Assembly: GCA_003990765.1 (NCBI GenBank)
Contig: RBNJ01000027.1
Location: 1 to 50,675, forward strand
DNA length: 50,675 bases
Reading direction: 5' to 3'
Source of the DNA: Jimgerdemannia flammicorona
Lineage: Eukaryota
How positions within the stretch are numbered: the first letter of the stretch is position 1; every line of letters starts with the position of its first letter. The translations under genes and the position numbers were made by a program. Below are positions 13,701-23,879 of the stretch, one piece after another. A model generated the notes under the pieces. The model was not told the DNA's origin. It made no database searches and saw only the letters and a program-made list of their open reading frames with translations.

Positions 13701-15076
13701 AAACTATTACAGGTGATTTGTTGCCAACTTTGCTAAAATTGCTACTGCTCTCACCCAAATGACCAAGCACAGCAAGAAACAAGAACAACCCTGAACCATG
13801 AAACAAGAGAAAGATTTCAACAATCTTGTAAATTGGGGACCTGAGCAAGATACTGCCTTTTAAGCACTGAAAGATACCCTGATAACCACTCCAGTACTTC
13901 AAGTAGCAAATCCTGCCTACCATATGAAGTTACTACTGATGCCTCTGATCTAGCTCTTGGAGCAGTGCTCATGCAAGAAGGACACCCTGTGGCCTATCAC
14001 TCCTACAAGTTCAATGATGCTGAAATTAACTATGCAACCCATGAGAAGGAAATGCTAGCCATCATAGATACTCTGATCAAATGGTGATCATATCTAGAAG
14101 GAGCACACTTCACTGTATTGACTAACCACAAGTCATTAGTCAACATCAAGACACAGGCTACTCTTTCTTGAAAGCAAGCCAGATGGATGAAAGTCCTCAC
14201 CAACTTTGACTACAAAATCCAGTACCACCCTGGCAAGGAGAATATTGTTGCTGATACAATCTCAAGACCACTGATTGAAGAAGTTATTCAAACTCTCACT
14301 CTGGTTACCAACACTATCATGGAGCAAATTATCGCAGCATGTACCAATAATAAGGAAGCTCAAGCACTCCAAGAAATTCTGAACAGTGATGATGCCAACA
14401 AGCATACACAGTATCACTAATACCAACTGAAGGACAATACTATCTACTATAAGGACAGACTGTATGTCCCAAACAACTGAGACCTCCAAAGGACTATTCT
14501 ATTCAAATGTCATGATATCCCTACAGCTGGACATTTAGGATTCAATAAATGTTATGAAGTTATCTCCCGAAAGTTCTATTGGCCCTGCATGGCAGATCAG
14601 CTCAAAACCTACATCACTTCCTGTGATGTCTGCCAACAGAACAAGTCCTCAACACTAGCAAAACCTGGTCTACTCCACCCTATTCCAGTACCATCTGCTA
14701 ATTGGGAACAAATCTCTATGGACTTTATTGTATAACTACCCTGAACCAAGAATGGAAAAGATGCAATTGTTGTCTTTGTAGACTATCTCAGCAAACAAGT
14801 CTACTTTGTACTAACCACCACCACTGCAACAGCACCAGAGATAGCCATACTCTTGTTTGATAACATCTTCTGCTATTATAGTCTTTCTAAGATCATTGTT
14901 AGTGACTGAGATCTGAAATTCACCAGCTATTTTTGGAATGCCCTCCATGCATACCTTGGAATAAAACTTGTACTATCCACAGCCTTTTACCCAGAAACTA
15001 ATGGCCAAACTGAAAGAATGAACTGAACTCTGGAACAAATACTAAGGAACTATGTTTCCTACAGACAAAATGACTG
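10711..15076 (+). pseudogene. gag-dUTPase-PR-RT-RH-INT(partial) polyprotein of element F
   Basis: Fragments MVNQQILD..., AAGYDLYA / GGVIDEDYIG (dUTPase), MIDSGASGNF (protease), FIRPSISPY / YIDD (RT). Many stops, frameshifts and a ~50-bp gag deletion near 11445. Confidence 0.9.
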
Positions 15077-15950
15077 AGAGAATGACAGGCAAAGAAAAAC
15101 CCTCATCAAAGCACAACATGGTGGGTAGGGCCTGGTTCTCCCAGTCAAGATGAGTAAAGGACTTATATGTGAGACAGGAGGAAACCCCCAATACCCCACT
15201 TCTCAAGCCTGTGGGCCTCGATTACATTGTCATATCAGCTCCCAGTTCCAGTTGAGTGTAGCCAAGATGCCTGAAATAAGTAGCCTCAGGCCCCCTGACC
15301 CCCCCTGATGACTGGGGCCCAACCCTGCTGACCACCAAAAGAAGCCAAGAGTGACACCTACTACCTAACTGTGCTGTACCAATCAAAAGGCCCCACTGAA
15401 GCAGCACCTGCCCCAGTCCTAATGACCACCCCCAGCCTAGCACCCTACTGGTTCACCGTTATCACCCTTCCTCCTATCTGTAATGGCCATCTCTCCTCCC
15501 ATCCTGATAACACCTGAAAAGCAGTCACCTATGCCAGAACCATGCTTACCAGGAAGCTCACCAAAGCCAGAGAGCCCCACCACAGGCATCAAAGACCTAC
15601 AGGTAACCTATACTGAGCACTTAATACCCAAGGTTGGCCAACTCCCTACATAGCTTGAGACATACCAAGACACTACCTTATTGGTGATGGCAAAAGGAAG
15701 AAGGTGCTACACCAAAACAGATGCACTCCAGACACAGCCAAAGATATCAGAAACTACAAAAAAGTGGAGAAGACACCAATCTGACACCAATAAAGGGGCA
15801 ACTCAACACCATTGCCCTCCTCCCACCATGCTCATGTAGGCATAGCAAACCAACCCAAGGTAGAGGGGATAATAATAGGAGAAAGGGGACTTGGAAGATT
15901 GCCTACCAAACCTTGTGACTGGTAAGGTAGCAGAGAAAGGAGTGTGGCTA
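15077..15950. other. Unidentified ~870-bp segment between truncated elements F and E; right boundary approximate
   Basis: No similarity to family 1 or E. More GC-rich but CpG-depleted. Decayed Pro-rich + strand frame (MPEISSLRPPDPP**LGPNPAD...). Confidence 0.4.
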
Positions 15951-18227
15951 CTTATAGCTTTAGTGACTTCTTGTACTATGCAGATGAAATAGGTGTTTCC
16001 CTTTTTTCGAGAGAGTCTCTTCATTTGAATAGTAGAGATGATTTTGATTCCTTGGTAATTGGTATCTTTCTAGAATATCAGAGTGATCTTTCTGCCTTCA
16101 TGGGTCAGGTTAACCTCATTGGTTCTCCAGTTGATATCTGGGTTATACTGGGTCAACCAGGCTTTTTCTAAGATAATATCTTATCCTGAGAGATCTATAA
16201 TGCTGAAGTCTAACTTCTCTTGATATTTGTCAATCTTGAGCAAGAGATCTTTGCAGATCTTGGTCAGTGGTGCAGTTTTACTATCACTAAAGGTAACATT
16301 TCTTTTCTCAGTAACTGGTCTGCTTCGGGCTCTAATCCTCTTGGTGGTCTTGGTGCTGATATAGTTTCCAGTAGTACCACTATCAAGCAAGACATTGATA
16401 TTCTGTCTGTGAACTTAGCCTGTGAACTTGATACAACTGTCCTCCATTTTGATAGTATTGAGCTCTTCATCCTCATTGTTGTCCCAATTGCTGTCAGTCT
16501 CCTCGAAGTCAGTTTCTCCCCATCCTTCACAAGAAGGATTGTCTTGTTTGGGTTCCTCAGTCTATTGGGTCTGATGCTTCTTGGACTAAATTTTGAAAAC
16601 TTTGGAGAGGCATACATGGCATTTACCAACATATTCCATACAGTACATTCAAATAGAATGAGGGCATCATCCACATGGTGCATAACCATCTACAATTCTC
16701 TTATACCAGTTTTCATCATCTTCTTTCATATGTAGTAGTGACCTTTTGACTAGGAGGTTTGTTGGTAGATCCAAACCCTTTCTTGCCACAGTCTGTCTGG
16801 GAGAGTTCAGGGACTTCTTCAATGGTGAGATCTTGATGGATTTCTTCAATGATCACTTGGATAATTCTTTGGCCTATTTTGACTTCAAATGATGTATCTT
16901 CAAAATTTTGCAAAATGATACAAATTTTACCTATAAATCTTTGGTCAACTACTCCTCCTTTTAGCCCAATATTGAACTCTTTGACTAGACTGCTTTGCTC
17001 AGCAAGGCAGATATATGTTCCTTTGGGAGCCTGCATTGCAATTTCTGTTCATACTGTAGCATTGATACTTGGTGGAATGGTGAGGTCTTGACTGCTGTAG
17101 AGATCATATCCAGTATCAGTTAGATGGGCCTTAGTGGAGATAGTAGCCTTGTACCATATCTTCTGTACTTTGATGACATTCTCAGGGTTCTTCTTCTCTG
17201 AACCTTCTCCAATAACAGTAATGTTCTGATTACTGGGTTTATCTGATCTGTTTCTCTTCTCAGGGCATTTAACAGATATGTGTCCTGTCTTCTTGCAGAT
17301 GAAGCACAATCTCTTTTCACAGAGCTGCTTCTTTTCATCCTCATTAGAAGGTCTGGGTCCTCTGGGGTTTTGCTAGTTCCTTTGATCATATCTTTGATCA
17401 TATCTTTGGTCATTTCTCCTGGTAGGATTTCTCCTATCTTGGTTATCCTTCTTGTGTTCTTGATTTCATAGAGCTTGTGCAGTAAGAATTTTGCAGGCTC
17501 TTCTTTGTACTTGGGCAAAGCACTATGAGTAGTGGGGACATCCTTGAGGAAGACCTTATTCCTTGATCTTCTGGGTGAGCTAGTCTGGTAGGGCTGCAAA
17601 GAGATGGTTGGCTCTGGTACCATTGATGGCCAAGTTGTTCTCCTGGTAGGTAAGTCTAACAGTTTTAAGATAGGCATCTATTCTGGTGGCAAAGGTCTCT
17701 AGATCCTCTTCACCATTCTTGTGAAACTTTATCTGGGACAGTTTGTTCCAGATTTCTTGTATGTAGGCCACATCTTGGAATTTGGTCAGTAGCAAGGCCT
17801 TGAGTCCTGAACCTGCTTCATAGTCATCCCAACCTGGTCTATTGTTGGCCAGTACTTGTCCATTGACTTGAGAGCAGGCTTCCCAGGTTACTGAGTGTTG
17901 TTCCAAGGTTCACCAGAATTCAGCTGCTGTTTCAGTGAAGAATGTGGCTACTGTTTCTACTTATGCTGCTGATGTGGCAAACAGTTGTTGAAGGGTACTA
18001 TTCTGGTTGTTGGTGAGCATTCCTATAGGCACTCAGTTGTCATTCCATTAGTTTGCTTGATAGCCTGTGTCAACTATATTGATGAAGTTTTCAATATTAC
18101 TGTTTTTTCCACTAAATATTAGAATTTGCAAGGTCTTGGTTGGTTTGTTCTGTTCAGCAATCTGTCCTACTATCTCTGCTAGTGCTGCTAGCTGGATAGT
18201 TAGTACTGTAATGTTGGCATCTACCAT
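15950..18227 (-). pseudogene. gag-dUTPase-protease of element E
   Basis: MVDANIT... gag start, NGTRANHLFAALPD (cf. family-1 NGTRADHLFDALPE), knuckle CFICKKTGHISVKC, dUTPase TGYDLYS / GGVVDQRFIG / CGKKGFGST, protease LDSGTTGNYIS. Confidence 0.88.
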
Positions 18228-19117
18228 TGTGTTGACTATTGGTGGTGGGCCTATTGGGGTAGATTCTCCTGAAGATTGTTCTGCTTAGTGGAGTTGTGGT
18301 GCTGTATGACTTGGGGTTACTTAATTCCTGAATATCAAGTCAAAGAGTCTTGTAAGGGAGGGTAAACCAAACCTCTGTATAGGTGGCTGGGTTGGTTCTG
18401 GGGTCTGTTCTTCTTGACCTGTGGTTCCTTGGTAAATTCCTAGGCCTGCTGTTCCTTATTGGCTATCGTCAGACTGGTAACCTGTAGAGTCTTCATCTGA
18501 CTCCCTTTCCTGATAAGATAGTGCATCCTCATACTGACTAGGTCCTTCAAAGAGGATATCAGTCTCTGGCTGGGTAGATGGGCCTACTTCTTGTTCAGCA
18601 GTAGGGGATGGTTAGCCTGCTTACTCATTCTCGTACCTAGTTATGGCAGAGGTGTAGTATACAACTAGCCTGTAGTAGAGGGAGGTCTTAGTTGGAGTAT
18701 GGTGATATCTGTCAGAGGCAATCTACTCAGCAGCTGCTTCCTTTACAGCAGGGGGTGTGATATAATCTAGAAAATCCTGGGTAGCTGCAGCAGTAGATTC
18801 TGGAGTCTTAGTGATTCCAATGTATTCTTGGAGGAGTTTGTAGAATCTATGGCAGCTAACAATATTCCTAAGTCCTGGGTGGTATGTTCTAAAGGCCTAG
18901 TATAGGTTCTTGTAAGTCTGGTCAATTATAAGCTAGTGGGTTCTTGGGTCTGAGGTTTCCTGGTACCACCTGGTCCTAATAGCAAGGGCTTCTCTGGCTC
19001 TGGTTTGAGGATCTACAGTTGGTTCTAGGGGTTACTCCTGTCCAAGGTTGGTCTTGTTCCAACTTCAGAAGTATGTTCTTTGGTACCTTCTTGACTGGTA
19101 AACTGCTGCTACTAAGT

Positions 19118-19901
19118 TGTAATAACTCTCACTTCTACCTCTCTCTTATCCTTTGGATAATTAGGGAAGTGGACTATTACTTAGGGACTTAGTACACAAT
19201 GTATACCAAGAAGCCTTCAGTTTGAGGAAGTACCCACTTGTAAGTAGTTGTAGTGGTAGTATCTTCTGTTTCAAAGATCTTTCTCTGGTGGTCTATTTTG
19301 AGAGTCTTGTTCTTTGCTGTGCACAGACTGAATTCATCTTAGAATTCAGATTCAATGGGTTTACTTAAGTCTTTGGGGATTTATATACTGGTCTCAGTTC
19401 TGGCAGAAGTTAGCTAGACTTCTGAAGTTTAGTCAGAAACACTAGAGTCACTTAGGTGTCATTACTAAGACTCAGGGGAATGTGTGTGTAGGGGGGACTT
19501 GATTCTTATATCAAGGACTGAACTAAAACTGCTTTATTTTGAATGGAAACTGAGGGGTATTTATATAAGTTGGTCTGCGATTTCTGACTAAGTATGAGTG
19601 ACTAATTTGGTAACTATAATGAGGTTTGTGATCATGACCTTTGTCAGGTAGTTTTTGGCAAAAAACAACTTTGTGATTAGGACCTCAATTACTAGACAAT
19701 GATTAGCTGCTGTAGCAACAGTTGCTGCAGTACTGATTATTGGGGATAAGCTGGATATCATTTTTTGCATCATTTCACATTATTCATCATTCATAATTTA
19801 TATATTGTACTTCACTCATATGATGATGTCATCGCTGCCAGGTCACATGATCACTCATCTCATTGGTCCCATCTGATCACTTGCTTATTCATTCTATTAC
19901 A
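19118..19901 (-). repeat. Family-2 5' LTR (784 bp) with TATAAATACCCC box at ~19554-19565
   Basis: 7-bp terminal inverted repeat and adjacent PBS. The TATA context is identical to family 1. Only one copy in the window. Confidence 0.8.
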
Positions 19902-21614
19902 CCCTCTGCCCCTCATGAATATCCATAGCCTAGCACCCCTCTACTTCATGAAAGCCTGATAGAATGCCCTGAACATGCTTAGCAAGACCTATCAAATCAG
20001 ATAAATCTCAAGCTACTATCAGATCAGCCACCTCCTGGAAGACATGGTTGAACACCACTATGATACAGATATTACCCAAATGTCCCAACACCAGAAACTC
20101 ATTGCCTACAAATATCAATGAGTATAGTACTATTATTTCCTACCTCTGAGTTACTACCACTGAAATGGTTGCTACTCTATCCTATGGCCAAATCGATGAC
20201 ATGATACAAGAACTCAACCACAAGGACTTTGAGTATATTGAGACCACAGACAGAACCTTCTCACACCCTAATGACCATATCCTGTAAATGTCTCAAGTTG
20301 GATATGCCATAAAGGATGTCTATGATATAATTCAGTTCAATAAAGATGAAGCAGAAGACAATAATCCCTCTGACACTGATATGACCTCAAGCCAAGGATC
20401 TCTACCAACCCTGATTACACTACCAATCTTGTCAATGAAGTTACAACAGTTCATAACTACCTACAAGACCTACTGGAACAATGATCACTAGTATAAATAC
20501 CAACCTACATTTATTCCTGATTACTTCAACTACAATGAAGAGACTGAAGAACACAACCTATACCTCCAGACAACTCTTGAGATTGAATCAATCACTTCAC
20601 CACCTGAGTATGAATAACACAAACTACAGCCACCAGCTTACTACAACCCTGCGACTCATAGTGCTATAATCTATAGAAGATATGCAGATAGTGAATCTGA
20701 TGAAAGCAAGAATGATGTATCCCTCCTTCACCCACCAATATCTTATCTAGTATACAAGACAGATAATGCTATCCTATGGGACAGTAACAAAGTTCCAATG
20801 TATTACTACCTCAGCGAATAAGGAGAAGTAATCCACGAACCACTCTTCCTAGATGACTACTTTATCAGAGATGATGCCATCAATGGTGATATTATTGAAG
20901 ACTACCCAGATAGCATCTAAACCTATAAATAGCCTAATAGTAATAGTATAGTTAGATTAGTCTTATACAATGTAACTGTAAACTGACTCAGCAGTCAGAT
21001 GATCTCTTGATATGTCAGATCACTCTTGTACTATGTGACTACATTCCGACTCAGCAAGGCACTTAGTGCTATATCTATATTCAACATAGCCCAGATAGCC
21101 CCTCACTAGTATAAATACCCCCTCTCCTAGACCTCAGAATCTCAGATCTAAACAATCCAAACACAACTCCTGAGCACTTCCCCACAATATTTCTTTACAT
21201 AACTACTCCTAGTATAGCAATATCATGAATAGTAAATAAACCTATTTAATAACCCACAAACTACTCTTAAGTAAATCCACTCTCCATTAGATCTCACTCC
21301 TAACCCTATCACAAAATTTCCTAATTGAGTATTGTCTGCAGCAATATACTAATTCAACTAAGCTGGTCTTAGTTTCTTGAACTTCCTAAAATACAGAAAA
21401 TCCTGAACATCCAGAACTAGTCTGAAAAGGGACTTTGGTTGAGATATCAATCCAATCTTAAAATCAATAAGTATAGAGAATGTACTCCATATGAAATTGA
21501 TCTTGACCATAAGAAAACAGTCTTCCAGAACATCCAGAACTTTCAGAAAACTCTTCCAGAACTATGTAATGGTTACTCTAAAAAGCAACCCTCTTATAAC
21601 TTGGTAGCAGCAGG
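19902..21614 (+). mobile_element. Family-1 element C, left piece: 5' LTR lacking its first ~0.33 kb (ends 21598) plus PBS
   Basis: LTR homology from ccctctgcccctcatg to ctcttata (21598), then act-tggtagcagcagg. Continues at 42666 after element B. Confidence 0.88.
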
Positions 21615-22281
21615 TGTAAGATGGTTGCTTTTTAGAGTAACCATTATGTAGTTCTAGAAAGGTTTTCTAGATATTCTGGAAGATCATTTTCTTATGGCCA
21701 AGATCAATTTCGTATGGAGTACGTCCTCTATGCTTATTGATTTCAAGATCAGATTGATGTCTCAACCAAAGTCCTTTTTTGGGACTAGTTCTAGATGTTC
21801 AGGATTTCCATATTTCAGGAAGTTCAAGAAACTAAGACCAGCTTAGTTGAATTGGCATATTGTTGCAGACAATACCCAATTAGGAAATTTCGTAATGGGG
21901 TTAGGAGTAGGACCTAATGGGGAGTAGATTTACTTAAGGGTGATTTGTGGGTTATTTGAATAAGTTTATTTGCTATTTATGATATTGCTATACTAGGAGT
22001 AGTTGTGTAAAGGGATATTATGGGGAAGTATTCAGGAATATTCTTATGTGTTCAAGTCTGAGATTCTGAGGTCTGGGGGAGGGGGTATTTATACTAGTGA
22101 AGGGCTATCTGGACTATGCTGAATATGGATGTAGCACTAAGTGCTTTGCTGAGTCGGAATGCAGTCATATAGTATAAGTGTGATCTGACATGTCAAGAGA
22201 TCGTCTGACTGCTGAGTCAGTTCACAGTCACGTCATATAAGACTACTCTAACTATACTATGACTGCTAGGCTATTTGTGGT

Positions 22282-23379
22282 TTAGGCACTGTCTGGGTAG
22301 TCCTCAATAACATCACTATTGATTGCATCATCTCTAATAAAGTAGTTGTCCAGGAAAAGTGGTTCACAGATTACTTCTCCTTGTTTACTGAGGTAATAAT
22401 ATATTGGAACTTCATCTCTGTCCCACAAGATAGCATCATCTGTCTCATATGCTGGATAAGGTATTGGTGGGTGAAGGAGGGGTACATTGTCTTCACTTTC
22501 ATTGGTTTCACTATCTGCATACCTTCTATAGATTATGGCACTATGAGTTATGGGGTTATAGTAGGCTAGTGGCTGTGGTTCATGTTGCTTGTACTCGGGT
22601 AGTGGAGTGGTTGGTTCAATCTCAAGGGTTGTTTGGAGGTACAGGTTATATTCTCTGGTCTCTTCATTGTAGTTGAAGTAATTGGGAGTGAATGTGAGTT
22701 GGTATTCGTGCTAGTGGTCATTGTCCCAATAAGTCTCATAGGCTGTTATGAATTGTTGTAAGTTCATTAGTAAGGTTGGTGGTGTGATTAGGGTTGGCAG
22801 AGATCCTTGGCTAGAGGTCATGTTAGCATCAGAGGGATTATTGTCTTCTGCTTCATCTTCATCAAAGTGGATTATATTGTAGATATCCTTCATGGTGTAT
22901 CCAACTTGGAGTATTTGCAGGATATGATCATTGGGGTGTGGGAAGGTTCTGTCTGTGGTTTCGACATACTCAAGGTACTTGTGGTTGAGTTCTTATATCA
23001 TATCATCGATTTGACCATAGGACAGGGTAGCAACCATTTCGGCTATAGTAACTCAGAGGCAGGGAATAATGGTACTGTACTCATAGAAGAGTTCTTGATG
23101 TTTGCAGGCAATGAGCTTCTGGTGTTGGGACATCTGGGTAATATCTGTATCATGGTGGTATTCGATCATGTCTTTTAGGAGGCAGCCAATCTGATAGTAG
23201 CTTGAGATTTGTCCAATTCGGTGGACCTCGCTAAGCATGTTTAGAGCATTCTATTGGGCTTCCACAAAGTAGAGGGGTGCTAGGCTATAGATATTCATAA
23301 GGGGCAGAGAGGGTGTGGCTCTATTGACAATGGCATTCCAAATGTCAGCACGGATATAGGTATAGATCTCGGTGGTCAT
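22282..23379 (-). pseudogene. U3-encoded LTR ORF, copy in B 3' LTR
   Basis: 1098-nt span; fragments 23053..23238 and 22711..22893. Confidence 0.75.
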
Positions 23380-23879
23380 ATTTGTGTATTTGGAAGTTAT
23401 GGTTATTGTTTGTTTTGGTTCTCTGATTCAACACATCTCAATGCTTGGTATATATGCATTTGATCCTGATTGGTAAGATTCTGTTTGTGTAAATCTTGTA
23501 TTCTGTGACTTTATATTGACTTAGCTTTGTGTGCTGTGACTTTGATTTGACTCAGCTTCATGATCAAGCAAGTGATTTCCAGATTTGTTCAGAGGTCACA
23601 TGTGATTTTAGTGGCTTGTTCAGAGGGTGACATGTAATTTCCGTGGCTTAGAGGTTGTGTGCTTACAACTCTCCCCTTCTTAGCTTTCGATGTTCTCATC
23701 GGAGCCTTCTAATTTTGTTCACTAGTATAGGGAGAATAGGCTTGCTTTCAGTTTTGTCATTTTTCCAGAGGGTCAGTATTCTTGTCTTGTTTTGCTGAGT
23801 TCTTGGTTTGATTTGCAATAATTATAATATTTGGGAGGATAATATATAGTATATATAGATAGGTACAGAGTATTTAGTT

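Larger units (their letters stand above)
7719..15076 (+). mobile_element. Family-1 element F, 3'-truncated within integrase; 5' LTR 7719-9749, PBS 9753-9764
   Basis: tgtaagcacac at 7719 and ctcttaca at 9749, then act-tggtagcagtgg. Internal domains are collinear with A and D until ...YRQND at ~15076. Confidence 0.92.
15950..19901 (-). mobile_element. Family-2 Ty3/Gypsy element E: 5' LTR, PBS, leader, gag, dUTPase, protease; truncated before RT
   Basis: LTR 19118-19901 with TGTAATA...TATTACA ends and PBS-like tagtagcagcag (~19103-19114). Inserted into the LTR of element C (flank ccctc 19902-19906). Left boundary approximate. Confidence 0.85.

Noticed and set aside
15305-15350. CTGATGA as a hammerhead ribozyme core
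   Set aside because: No correctly spaced GAAA or closing stems; better explained as two CGA>TGA-decayed codons.
21500-21720. Fold-back junctions as assembly artefacts
   Set aside because: The arms differ at many positions, and the junctions have proper LTR termini with matching 5-bp TSDs 10-21 kb away, as expected for real nested insertions.
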